Assembly: GCA_021294835.1 (NCBI GenBank) | Contig: JAJTDF010000007.1 | Coordinates: forward strand, 6,341-70,340 | DNA length: 64,000 nt | Direction: 5' to 3' | Origin: Planctomycetaceae bacterium | Lineage (GTDB): Bacteria > Planctomycetota > Phycisphaerae > Phycisphaerales > UBA1924 | In this document: piece by piece, positions 21,292 to 30,565 of the stretch | How positions within the stretch are numbered: the first letter of the stretch is position 1 | Layout of the letters: each line of letters starts with the position of its first letter | Position numbers and translations under genes: made by a program | The notes under the pieces: model-generated | What the model saw: only the letters and a program-made list of their open reading frames with translations | Told to the model about the DNA's origin: nothing | Database searches by the model: none

Positions 21292-22014
21292 ATGGCAGCA
21301 GCAAAGAAATTCAAGGGTTCTGCATCGTCCAAGAGGTTTGCTCCCGGCGTCGGGCGGTATCCGGACAATCCGTCGTTTCACTTAGTGAATTTGCGGAAGT
21401 GGATCAAGACCAACTCCAAGGACCTGCAGCCGCCGGTGAGCAACAAGCAGTTGTTCAGTGATGCCAAGGACGTGGTGCTGTTCGTGTCCGGCGGGCCGAA
21501 CACCCGCAACGACTACCACGTGAACCCGACCGAAGAGCTCTTCCTGCAACTCAAGGGCGACATCGCGGTGCGCATCCGACCCCTGGATGGCTCGCCGCCC
21601 CACGATGTGGTGATCAAGGAGGGCGAGTTGTATCTGCTGCCCCGCTGGGTGCCGCACCGGCCGCAGCGGCCCAAGGGCACGGTGGGGCTGGTGGTGGAGT
21701 TCCCGCGTCCTGAAGGCGAGTTGGACGGGCTTCGCTGGTATTGCCCGAAATGCGATGTGCTGGTGCACGAGGCCAAGTGGCGGCTGCGAAAGATCGACGA
21801 GGACCTCCGCATCATCATGAACAGTTTCTGGGACGGCCCGGAGGCGGACCGCACCTGCGGCGGGTGCGGGTATGTGATCCAGCGAGCCGGGGCCATCGAG
21901 GTCAAGGGCGGCAAGGTGCGGGCCGTCGGCGGCAAGGCCGGCAAGCGAGCGAAGGTGGGCAAGCCCGGCAAGGCGCCCGCTCGCAAGCGGGTGACTTCGC
22001 GGAAGGGGAGATGA
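21292..22014 (+). CDS. nbaC: 3-hydroxyanthranilate 3,4-dioxygenase (cupin) with Lys-rich C-terminal tail
   Basis: Colinear with bacterial HAAO (W......L.PPV.N.Q...D......V.GGPN.R.DYH..P.EE.F.QL.G, EG....LP..VPH.PQRP, G.V.E..RP.G..DG..WYC..C...VH, and a C-terminal CxxC in RTCGGCG). The extra tail KGGKVRAVGGKAGKRAKVGKPGKAPARKRVTSRKGR lies at 21898-22011. Confidence 0.85.
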   Translation: MAAAKKFKGSASSKRFAPGVGRYPDNPSFHLVNLRKWIKTNSKDLQPPVSNKQLFSDAKDVVLFVSGGPNTRNDYHVNPTEELFLQLKGDIAVRIRPLDGSPPHDVVIKEGELYLLPRWVPHRPQRPKGTVGLVVEFPRPEGELDGLRWYCPKCDVLVHEAKWRLRKIDEDLRIIMNSFWDGPEADRTCGGCGYVIQRAGAIEVKGGKVRAVGGKAGKRAKVGKPGKAPARKRVTSRKGR

Positions 22015-22277
22015 TGCGTTTTCGTGCGGCGGCCGTGCTGACGGTGGTGGGGACGACGATGTTCGGCATCGCGACCGGGCTGGTGTTTGTGGATGTGCGA
22101 CTGGCGCGGCTTCCCGCGCCGGACGATCCGGCGCCGAGCCTGCCGGATCCGTCTCTGGCCCGGGTGGTCGCGGCGATGGCGCTTGGGCCGCTGGGTGCAG
22201 GGCTGGCGCTGGTCGGAGTTGGGGGCATGGCGTTGTGCGTGGCACGGGCACGCAGGCAAAGCGGTCAAGACCGTTGA
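22011..22277 (+). CDS. Small membrane protein (88 aa, two hydrophobic helices)
   Basis: The ATG at 22011 overlaps the HAAO stop (ATGA) and is preceded by GGAAGGGGAG. Two hydrophobic segments (AAVLTVVGTTMFGIATGLVFV and VVAAMALGPLGAGLALVGVGGMALCV). GC-rich third positions. No recognised family. Confidence 0.5.
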   Translation: MMRFRAAAVLTVVGTTMFGIATGLVFVDVRLARLPAPDDPAPSLPDPSLARVVAAMALGPLGAGLALVGVGGMALCVARARRQSGQDR

Positions 22278-22396
22278 GCGGGCCGGCAAATGGTGGTTCT
22301 GGCAGTGCAAATGGGGAGGGAACTGGGTGAAGACGGCAGGGGAAAAATGGGTGGGCAGACCAATCGGCGGTGCTCCGCGCGATGGGGTGGATGGGT

Positions 22397-22423
22397 GCCG
22401 GAGTTGATCTCTGGCTTTTTTTT
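22397..22423 (+). terminator. Rho-independent terminator downstream of the HAAO/small-membrane-protein pair
   Basis: Stem GCCGGAG (22397-22403) pairs with CTCTGGC (22409-22415): 7 bp including one G-U. Loop TTGAT. Followed immediately by eight T (22416-22423). Confidence 0.7.
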
Positions 22424-22549
22424 ACATTTTGCGACCGATTTCCGCGCGGTTGTCGCTCTGTCTGGGCCGGCTGGTGCATCCGCCCTTGAAAGGGGGCGGC
22501 GGTGCATTTCTTGTCTGCCTTGCCCACAATGTGCTTTGGAGGATCGGTG

Positions 22550-25500
22550 ATGACCAAGAGCGTGATGTCGGTCGCGGCGCTGGTGTGCTGCTGCGGAACC
22601 CTGGCGGCGGTGACGGACGCGAGCGGGCCGGTGATGCTGGACGGCAAGCCGCTCTCGGAGCGTGACGCAGCCTTGGCCTTCCGGCCGGTGCCGCCGACGG
22701 CGGAGGAGATCGCCGAGCGGTTCACACTTCCGGGGTATGCCGAGAAGAAGGACGGCGCGCTGGTGCTGGCGAGCATCAACTGGAACGTGCCGTTCTCCGG
22801 CGACGCGGGGGCTCCGAACTTCTACATGTATCGGGGGCGCGGCGTGCCGCTGGCCCTGCGGCGTGACGTGGTGGCTGTTGCGATGCCGGCCGGGGTTCAG
22901 GTGGCCGATATGGTCAGGCTGCTGATCGCGGCGGGCGTGCCGGCGGTGAAGGCGGATGATCTGGGCAACGGCTACGCGCTGGTGACGCTGGCGCAGGCGG
23001 CCAAGGACAACACCGAGATGCGTGCGTTGATCGACCGCATGACCGTGGTTCCGGGCATCGCGTACGCGGCCCCGGTGTTTGACGGGCCGGTCAAGGCCCG
23101 GCTGTTTGTGTTCCCCACGCCGGACGTTCTGGCGCGGATGGCCGAGCGTGATCAGGGTGCTGCCGAGCGGCTGGCGCTGGCGGTCTCGGGCGCCCCGGCG
23201 GGCGCGACGGCCGAGGCCTTCTCGGCTGCTGAAGGCCGCGTGCGGGTTCGCACCGGCCTGAGGAACGGCTACGACGTGCTGGTGGCGGCGAACAAGGCGG
23301 CCAGTGATGGGCGATCAATGTGGGCCGAGCCGGACATGGTGACCGAGGGGTTGAGTGACATCACGCCCAACGACCCGTCGTTCAACACGCAGTGGTGGCT
23401 GTTCAACTCAACCACCTCGGGCGTTGACCTGGACGTGCGGGCGGCCTGGGAGGTGACCTTCGGACGCAGCAACCTGCGGGCGATGGTGTTCGATACCGGC
23501 GCCCAGGAGAATCACCCGGACATCAACTCCGCCCAAGGGCGGGATTTCACCAGCGGCACGGCGACCGGGACGGCGGGTGGCGGGCCTGTGTTCGCCTGCG
23601 AGCGGCACGGCACACCGTGTGCCGGCATCATCGCCGGTCGAACGGACAACGGGGTGAGCATGGCCGGCGTCGCCGGCGGCTCGTTCGTACTCGGCGCACG
23701 CTTCGCGACGCAGAACCAGGTCACCTGCTCCAACAGCTTCTCGGCCAACTACTCGCATCTGGCCAACGGCATCAACTGGACGCGCACCAACAGCATCCGC
23801 GTCACCAGCCACTCGTACTCGCTCGGCGGCACCTCCGCTGCGGTCGAGGATGCCTTCGAGAATGCGTACAACGACGGCATCATCCACTTTGCCTCCACAG
23901 GCAACGACTCGGACACCTCGATCAACTATCCGTCGTCGGTCGCGTTCGTGAACGCCGTGGGTGCCATGCAGAGCGACGGCACGCGGGCGGGCTTCTCCAA
24001 CACCGGCACGGGCATCCAGTTCGCCGCCCCCGGCGTGAACGTTCAGACCCTCGACCGCAGCGGCGCCGACGGCTACACCAGCGGCGACACCACCAGCTTC
24101 AGCGGCACCTCGGCCGCCTGCCCGGCCGCGGCCGGCACGGCTTTGCTGATCTTGGGCATCTTCCCGGATCTGTCGCCCGCATCGCTGGAGTTCCTGATGA
24201 GGACCGGCGCACGGGATCTCGGGGCCTCGGGCTACGACACATCGTTCGGCTGGGGCCTGCCCAGGGCGTACTCCACCATCAACCTGTTCGCCCCCGCGAA
24301 CGACAAGTGCAGCGCCGCGAAGGTGATCTCGACGAACGCCTACACCGACAACATGAACACGGCCCGCGCCTTCACCAACACCTACTACGAGCCGCGCCCG
24401 TCGTGCGTCAGTTCATCCTCCAACAGCGTGTTCTACAGCTTCAGTCCGCCGAGCTATGGCACCATGTCGGCAAACACGACCGGGTCCAGTTATGACACCG
24501 TGCTGAGCGTCTTCACCGGGTGTGGAACGAAGCTGTTCCTCTTCGGCCAGCCGAACGCCATCTACCTCACGCCGACCATGCTGGCCTGCAATGACGACTC
24601 CGGCGGCACGCTGCAGTCGTCGATCACCGGCCTGGGGCTGAGCCCTCGATCCTCGATCATCATCGAGGCGAGCAAGTTCGGCACCATCTCGTCGGGCGGC
24701 ACCCTGAACCTGAGCTTCAACTTCACGCCGACCTCGCCGCCCAACGACGCCTGGCCGAACGCGATCGCGATTCCGGCTGGCGGCGGGTCGGTCACCGGGG
24801 CGACAATCCTCGCGACACCCGACGGCGGCACCGGCAACTGCGGCAGCTCGGACAACACCGGCGACGTGTGGTACTCATATGTTCCATCGTGCACGGGAAC
24901 GCTTGGCCTGCGGACCCAGAACCACACCTATGACACCGTGCTTGCGGTGTTCTCAAGCGGCGCCAACAACAACCCGCAGACGCGGCTGGCGTGCAACGAC
25001 GACTGCAACCCGCCCCAGCGCGACAGTTGCGTGTCGCTCGACGTGACCGCCGGCACGCGGTACCTCATCCGGGTCAGCGGCTTCAACGGAGCGACCGGCG
25101 TGTTTGACCTGGTGCTCACCCCGCCCGGGGCCCCGTCCAACGACCTGTGCGAGAACGCGACCGCGGTGGTCGACGCCGGTGTGTACCTGTTCTCCAACGG
25201 TTGTGCCACCGCCAGCGCCGGTCTGGGCCTCACCGGGTGCGGGGCCGCGGCGGACGCAGGCCGCGACGTGTGGTACACCTTCACCGCCCCTGGCGACGGT
25301 GACCTCACCGTCAACACCTTCGGGTCCAACTTTGACACCGTGCTGGTCGCCTATGACGGCTGCCCGATCGCCGGGCAGGCGGCGATTGCGTGCAGCGACG
25401 ACGCGCAGGGCGTTCAGAGCCGCATCACCATCCCTGTTGTTTCCGGTCAGCAGTATCTGCTGCGTGCCGGGGGCTATGTGGGCTCCGGCGGCGGCGCCGG

Positions 25501-25768
25501 GGCTGCCGGGGACGGCGTGCTGAACGTCGACTTCGTGCCCGCCCTGCCCCCTGCGTGCTCGCTGGCCGACATCGTCAGCATCGGCGGCTCGCCGCCGCCG
25601 GACGGGCTGCTGACTGGCGACGACTTCAACGCCTTCATCGGCGCCTTCGCCCAGAACGATCTGCTCGCCGACATCGTGTCGATCGGCGGCACGCCCCCCG
25701 GCGACGGCCTGATCACCGGCGATGACTTCAACGCCTTCATCGCTGCCTTCGCCGCTGGTTGCCCGTAA
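22550..25768 (+). CDS. Secreted subtilisin-like serine protease (peptidase S8) with three Cys-containing C-terminal domains and a twin dockerin-like tail
   Basis: ATG at 22550 preceded by GGAGGA. Signal-like N-terminus MTKSVMSVAALVCCCGTLAAV. Catalytic triad contexts VFDTG (Asp), HGTPCAGIIAG (His) and SGTSAACPAAAG (Ser). Three domains of about 130 aa (24295-25535). Tail at 25551-25768. Confidence 0.88.
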   Translation: MTKSVMSVAALVCCCGTLAAVTDASGPVMLDGKPLSERDAALAFRPVPPTAEEIAERFTLPGYAEKKDGALVLASINWNVPFSGDAGAPNFYMYRGRGVPLALRRDVVAVAMPAGVQVADMVRLLIAAGVPAVKADDLGNGYALVTLAQAAKDNTEMRALIDRMTVVPGIAYAAPVFDGPVKARLFVFPTPDVLARMAERDQGAAERLALAVSGAPAGATAEAFSAAEGRVRVRTGLRNGYDVLVAANKAASDGRSMWAEPDMVTEGLSDITPNDPSFNTQWWLFNSTTSGVDLDVRAAWEVTFGRSNLRAMVFDTGAQENHPDINSAQGRDFTSGTATGTAGGGPVFACERHGTPCAGIIAGRTDNGVSMAGVAGGSFVLGARFATQNQVTCSNSFSANYSHLANGINWTRTNSIRVTSHSYSLGGTSAAVEDAFENAYNDGIIHFASTGNDSDTSINYPSSVAFVNAVGAMQSDGTRAGFSNTGTGIQFAAPGVNVQTLDRSGADGYTSGDTTSFSGTSAACPAAAGTALLILGIFPDLSPASLEFLMRTGARDLGASGYDTSFGWGLPRAYSTINLFAPANDKCSAAKVISTNAYTDNMNTARAFTNTYYEPRPSCVSSSSNSVFYSFSPPSYGTMSANTTGSSYDTVLSVFTGCGTKLFLFGQPNAIYLTPTMLACNDDSGGTLQSSITGLGLSPRSSIIIEASKFGTISSGGTLNLSFNFTPTSPPNDAWPNAIAIPAGGGSVTGATILATPDGGTGNCGSSDNTGDVWYSYVPSCTGTLGLRTQNHTYDTVLAVFSSGANNNPQTRLACNDDCNPPQRDSCVSLDVTAGTRYLIRVSGFNGATGVFDLVLTPPGAPSNDLCENATAVVDAGVYLFSNGCATASAGLGLTGCGAAADAGRDVWYTFTAPGDGDLTVNTFGSNFDTVLVAYDGCPIAGQAAIACSDDAQGVQSRITIPVVSGQQYLLRAGGYVGSGGGAGAAGDGVLNVDFVPALPPACSLADIVSIGGSPPPDGLLTGDDFNAFIGAFAQNDLLADIVSIGGTPPGDGLITGDDFNAFIAAFAAGCP
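25551..25768 (+). other. Twin dockerin-like C-terminal module (2 x ADIVSIGG.PP.DGL.TGDDFNAFI.AFA) ending in AAGCP-stop
   Basis: Two direct copies of about 30 aa within the S8 protease C-terminus. The same module occurs at 61122-61331. The DNA core GGCGA(C/T)GA(C/T)TTCAACGCCTTC is shared by all four copies. Confidence 0.8.
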
Positions 25769-25861
25769 CCGGCCGGATCGACGAGGAGACATCCCTCCGA
25801 CGCCACGCCGCCTGAGGGTGTGCCGTCGGCATGCGAAGTCCGCGGCCGGTTGAGCGAGAGT

Positions 25862-28177
25862 TCACCGGCCGCTTTGCTTGCCCTGGGGGCGATCCTGCGA
25901 GGCCGTCGGGTCGGCCAGCGCGGGTGTGGGGGCGCCGCCCGAGACCGACGCGGCCGCGGGCGCCACGGGCAGGAGGCGCAGGGCCGGATCGGCCCCGTGC
26001 AGTTCCGGGTGCAGGTAGCGGCCCCGGTTGGGGCCCTTGTCCTGCTCCACCGGGGCGCCGGCGACGCGCACGAAGGCGTCGTTCCGCACCGCTTCAATCC
26101 GCCAGGAGACCCGCTGGCCTGGCTGGCCGCCGGCGATCACGAACTGGTTGTCCTGCACCTCCTGGGCGATGTGCAGCAGCGGGGCGGGTGCGCCGATGGC
26201 CGTCAGCGTGTAGCGCGGATCGCGGTTGATGGCCTCGAACCACTCCGGCAGGCTGACCACCGCGTTGCCGGCCGCATCGAGCGTGACGTTGCCGGAGTAC
26301 ACGTTCATGGGCTCGGGCCCCTCGGCGCAGTAGTGGTTGAGCACCTTGTTGGCTGGGTCCAGTGGGTGATCGATCTGGAAGGCCTTTGTGCCGGTCGCGG
26401 TCAGCCGGCCCGATGCGTACACACCATGCCCGGTGATGATGGCGTTGGTGGCCCCCAGCACGCCGATGGGCTGCCCGGTGAACGCGGTGGCAAAGCCGAA
26501 CACCGCCGTGCCCTGGTTGCCGGCGGCCTGGATGTTCAGCGTGGTGCCGGCGGGGTCGGTGGTGGCGGCGTCCATCACGGTGACGATGTCCCGCGCTGTG
26601 ATGCGGGCGAGGCTGAGCGTGGTGTTCAGCAGCAACCGGCCGTCGGAGGTGATGCGGGCCCGCTCCGCCCCGTTGGTTGCGAAGATCATGGCGTTCTCGC
26701 TGGTGCGGTAGCCCACCTGCCCGAGCAGCGCGCCGGTGCGTGAGAGGAAGCTCACGGCCCCCAGAAACGTGCTGGTGGCGGCGTTGTTGCGGAGTTCAAG
26801 GATGGCGCCGGTGGCGTTGCTCTCGGTGGTGAAGCGGGCGATGGCCAGCGGCACCCGCATCTCCAGCGGCTGCGACGGCGTGCTGGTGCCGATGCCCACC
26901 GGACCGGCCAGAAACGCCCCCGCGTCCACCGTCAGCGTGCTGTCCATCTCCACCGCGCCGGTGAACCGGCCCCGCCCCTGGAACCAGCCCGCGAAGCCCA
27001 CGTCGCTGCGGCCGTACACGCCGATGGCCGACGTGCCGCTGCCCGACAGCCCCACCACGCCCTTGCCTCCGGCGACGGTGCCCTCGCCCCGCACGCCCAC
27101 GCCGCCGGTGCCCAGCAGGCCCGACGGCGCATCAAACAAAATGTCCGCCGAGCCGGTCTCGCCGATCACGCCGTAGCCGTTGGCCAGCCCGGCGCCATAC
27201 ACGCCCGCGGCGTTGATGTTCAGCCCGTCGGCCAGGCCGGTGAGGCCGGTGAACACGCCCACGCCCAGCACGCCGGTGCCGCTGGGGCTGGTGGAACTGC
27301 CGCGCACGCCGGCGTTGGCGCCGGTGCCGGTGTTGGTCACGTCCACCAGCGCTGCGTCCTGGCCGTCCAGCGCCAGGCTGGCGATCAGCGGCAAGGCCGC
27401 TTCCGGATAGCCCCAGCCGATGTTTTCGCCATCGAAGACCAGCCCGGCCCCGGCGAGGGCGCCGGTGGGGTCCAGGCTGAAGGTGTTGTTCTGCAGCAGC
27501 AGGCCGGTGCCGGCGAAGTACGCCGAGCCGGGCGGGCCAGCGGGACCGACCGGGCCCTGCAGCCCCTGCGGCCCCTGCGGGCCAATCGGGCCTTGCGGGC
27601 CGGTGGCGCCAGTGGGCCCAGCGGGGCCGGGTGCTCCGGCAGGGCCAGCAGGGCCAGCAGGGCCAGTGGGGCCGCTTGGGCCCGTCGGGCCGGCGGGGCC
27701 AGTCGGTCCGGTTGGCCCAGCCGGTCCCGCCGGGCCCGGCGTGCCGCTGAGCGCGAACAACGCCAGCGGCGCCGGGGTGATGGGCTGGCGGGGCAGCAGA
27801 TCGGTGAACTCGCCCGCCCCAGCCGGGCGAACGGCGACGGCCAGCCAGCGAGGCCCGCCCGAAAGCGCCTCAAGGCCAAAGTCCACACTCACCGCGAACC
27901 GCCCGGAGTCGATGCTCACGCCGCTGCGCTCCAGCGGACCGGCCACCGGCGTGCCGCCGCTGGCGTCGGCGAACAGCCACAAGCGAACGTCCACCGTGCC
28001 GCTGATGGGCACACCCGCCTGGCTGAGCGTGCCCTGATACGTCCACGCGGTGGGCGAGATGGGCTGGGCCAGCGACAGGCCGCTTGGCCAGGATGCAACG
28101 GCCGCGGCCAGCAGGGCGACGGCTAGGCGGCGAGAGTGGGGGAGGCGGCAAGCCGGGCGAAAGCGGGTGGGCGGCAT
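25862..28177 (-). CDS. Secreted collagen-like triple-helix-repeat protein with tail-fibre-like C-terminal domain
   Basis: ATG at 28177. Signal-like [23 protein letters not shown]. About 24 uninterrupted G-X-Y triplets. The C-terminal block [58 protein letters not shown] resembles the conserved C-terminal domain of bacterial tail-fibre-domain proteins. Confidence 0.8.
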   Translation of the reverse strand: MPPTRFRPACRLPHSRRLAVALLAAAVASWPSGLSLAQPISPTAWTYQGTLSQAGVPISGTVDVRLWLFADASGGTPVAGPLERSGVSIDSGRFAVSVDFGLEALSGGPRWLAVAVRPAGAGEFTDLLPRQPITPAPLALFALSGTPGPAGPAGPTGPTGPAGPTGPSGPTGPAGPAGPAGAPGPAGPTGATGPQGPIGPQGPQGLQGPVGPAGPPGSAYFAGTGLLLQNNTFSLDPTGALAGAGLVFDGENIGWGYPEAALPLIASLALDGQDAALVDVTNTGTGANAGVRGSSTSPSGTGVLGVGVFTGLTGLADGLNINAAGVYGAGLANGYGVIGETGSADILFDAPSGLLGTGGVGVRGEGTVAGGKGVVGLSGSGTSAIGVYGRSDVGFAGWFQGRGRFTGAVEMDSTLTVDAGAFLAGPVGIGTSTPSQPLEMRVPLAIARFTTESNATGAILELRNNAATSTFLGAVSFLSRTGALLGQVGYRTSENAMIFATNGAERARITSDGRLLLNTTLSLARITARDIVTVMDAATTDPAGTTLNIQAAGNQGTAVFGFATAFTGQPIGVLGATNAIITGHGVYASGRLTATGTKAFQIDHPLDPANKVLNHYCAEGPEPMNVYSGNVTLDAAGNAVVSLPEWFEAINRDPRYTLTAIGAPAPLLHIAQEVQDNQFVIAGGQPGQRVSWRIEAVRNDAFVRVAGAPVEQDKGPNRGRYLHPELHGADPALRLLPVAPAAASVSGGAPTPALADPTASQDRPQGKQSGR
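27527..27745 (-). repeat. Collagen-like G-X-Y repeat tract (about 24 triplets)
   Basis: Translation [73 protein letters not shown]. Gly sits at every third residue without interruption. Confidence 0.9.
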
Positions 28178-28344
28178 GCACCAAGGGTGCCCGACAGGCC
28201 GGGCGGAGCAAGGGCCGCGGCGGGAATCTGGCTTGCCGGAGGCGTCGGCGGGGCCGCGGTGGCTCAGCAGCCATTCCATCCGGCGGGTCTGAGGGCCGGT
28301 AACATCTGCCTGACGGGGGGACGCAGAAGGGACGGTGCGGGCGG

Positions 28345-30339
28345 ATGGGCGAGCACGATCATGGCACCAAGCGGGGATCGCAGCGGGGCGGTGCGCTGAT
28401 GCCGCAGCCGTATGCCCGCGAACACCGCTGGCGGCTGTGGCTTGCCGGCATTGCCATGGTGCTGGCGACCGTGCCGTGGGCGGCGTTCCTGGCGTGGGTG
28501 ATTTGGAGCATCTTGGAGGTGCAGCCGCCTCCGACGGTCCAAGCCGGTTGGCTGTTGCCGGCACAACTGGTAAGCAGTGCGGTGATCGTGGCGCTGGCAG
28601 GGTGGACCACCCTGCGGCTGTGGCGGGGGCTCATGGGCGCCGTGCGGCGGTCGATCAACTGGTGGGGCTGTCCGCGGTGTGGCTTCTCGCTGCGAGGACT
28701 GCGGGCGGAGCTGGCTGCAGACGGTGGCTGGCGGGTCACCTGCCCGGAGTGCGGCAGGTGGGGCACGGTGGCGGCGGTGGCCGTGTTGGGCGATGGGACG
28801 GTGGCGACGGAGGCGGATCGGGAGGTCAGTGCAGCGGCGGACATTGCGCTGAAAGCGGTTCGGCAAAGGGGCTGCCTTGGCGAGCTGGTGCGATTGGCGA
28901 TGAAGAGCTGTGGTCTGGTGTTCTTGGCTGTGGCGACCACCGCTCTGCTGGTCGGGGTTGATCTTTGGCGAACCCGGTCCAACGTCGTTGGTTCACTGCA
29001 GGATATTGAGCAGATGCACCAGTGGCGCAAGCCCATCTCGCCGTACGTGGAGAGGGCGTTGCGGCGAATGCACCGGATGGCCACTTCGAGCGATGTGACG
29101 TGGGCCATGAAGGCGGGCTTGCTGACTGATCGCCACCCGATCAATGTGGCGATTGAGGCGTGGCAGGTGTACGGCTTCTACCCCACATTCCTTGACGCCG
29201 CGATCTCCGCATCCAGCGTGCGGCACAGTGTCAGAGACGATCTCCGAGGAGGGAGTTGCCGAGAGGCGATCGTCGAGGTCCAGCGTTGGATCACCGAGGC
29301 CAAGGCCGTGCATCCCGGCAAGCCTCCCGACCCAAGGACTGGGTACGAGCTCTTCTCGGGGCTGGCCGCCGGCGTTCGGATGGCGGTGCTCGAGGCGCTC
29401 GCCCGTGCTGAGGAGGGCGACTGGCCAGGGGCGGCCGAGATGCTCATCGCGGCCGACCTTGTCGGTCGCGCCGTATCGGCTGCGGCACCAACCACGGAGA
29501 TGCTTCGAGCCAGCGAATCTCGCGACGTGATTCTCGCGACAGTGGCTCGGCTGGTCCGCGAGTGGCCGCCCGAGAGTTTCCTTGGGCCGATCATCGAGTC
29601 GGGCATGTTGTCCGACGATTGGCTGAGCGTCGCCGATGCCCGGCTTGCACTCCGTGGACTTGTGGCAGTGGGGGCCGAGCCGGGCTATCGATTCATGCAG
29701 AAGCGTCCGCTCTGGCCGTTGGACGAGTTGGTCGGCGATCGATGGCGATTGCCGCGATTGAAGTGGGTCGTGGAGAGGCGTCTCTTTTTCACATCCGGGC
29801 GCCTGGCCTCGTTTCTGCCCGATGAAGCAAAGACGGCCGAGTTGGTTGAGCGTGTGACCAGGGGTGATCAGTTCGCTTTCAGCGAGGCGAGGACATGGTG
29901 GGTGGGCGTCGGAGATGTAGTCGTTTGGCTTGACGTGTTCTGCATTCAACTTGCCGCCGGCCACACGCTGCTTGATTGCCGCGCCCGTGCCATCCTTCTG
30001 GCCATCGCCTGCCAGCGGCACATCCTCCAGACCGGCCAGACGCCCGGTACGCTGGATGACCTGCGTGCCTCCGGCCTGCTCCCCGACGGTTTGCACCCGC
30101 TGGTGCGCCCGGGCCGCGACATCCGGCTTGCGGTACGTCGCCTGCCCGGTCGCCCGCCCCTGGTGGTCGTCTCCAGCGGTAACCATCTGCAGGTGGCGAC
30201 GAGGTACGCCGATGAGGGCGGCGTCTGGTTCCCCTACGAGGGTTCCGATCTGGAGTTGCCCGTGGTGAAGCACCCCGGCGGTGTCGCCGCGGCCGAGGCC
30301 GAGCGGCCGAAGTTCCTCGGCACGCGGGCCCCGCCGTGA
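28345..30339 (+). CDS. Hypothetical membrane protein, zinc-ribbon paralog 1 of 4 (664 aa)
   Basis: Two hydrophobic helices, then CPRC-20 aa-CPEC (28669-28752), a third helix, and a large helical domain. That domain carries the blocks [21 protein letters not shown] and [12 protein letters not shown] shared with the next three genes. The start could also be the ATG at 28399. Confidence 0.7.
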   Translation: MGEHDHGTKRGSQRGGALMPQPYAREHRWRLWLAGIAMVLATVPWAAFLAWVIWSILEVQPPPTVQAGWLLPAQLVSSAVIVALAGWTTLRLWRGLMGAVRRSINWWGCPRCGFSLRGLRAELAADGGWRVTCPECGRWGTVAAVAVLGDGTVATEADREVSAAADIALKAVRQRGCLGELVRLAMKSCGLVFLAVATTALLVGVDLWRTRSNVVGSLQDIEQMHQWRKPISPYVERALRRMHRMATSSDVTWAMKAGLLTDRHPINVAIEAWQVYGFYPTFLDAAISASSVRHSVRDDLRGGSCREAIVEVQRWITEAKAVHPGKPPDPRTGYELFSGLAAGVRMAVLEALARAEEGDWPGAAEMLIAADLVGRAVSAAAPTTEMLRASESRDVILATVARLVREWPPESFLGPIIESGMLSDDWLSVADARLALRGLVAVGAEPGYRFMQKRPLWPLDELVGDRWRLPRLKWVVERRLFFTSGRLASFLPDEAKTAELVERVTRGDQFAFSEARTWWVGVGDVVVWLDVFCIQLAAGHTLLDCRARAILLAIACQRHILQTGQTPGTLDDLRASGLLPDGLHPLVRPGRDIRLAVRRLPGRPPLVVVSSGNHLQVATRYADEGGVWFPYEGSDLELPVVKHPGGVAAAEAERPKFLGTRAPP

Positions 30340-30565
30340 GAATCGCCGCTTTCGCAGCGCTGCACGCAACCGGCGGCGGGTTATCGGCGAATCGACGCTG
30401 CCGGGGCATGCCCCTTTGGCCCCTGGTGCCGGGCGGCGGTCGGCCTGTGTGGGAGTGTGTCATGGGTGCGCATGCTGACGACCGCGAGCGTGTGGGCGAG
30501 CGTCTCTCCCGCGTGGGTGCCCCGCTGAGCGGCGGGCGCAGCGAAGCCCGCCGGAGCGCACAGCC

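Noticed and set aside
25797-25829. Imperfect hairpin between the convergent S8 protease and collagen-like genes, as a bidirectional terminator
   Set aside because: The stem has an internal mismatch and there is no flanking T or A tract. Too weak to call.
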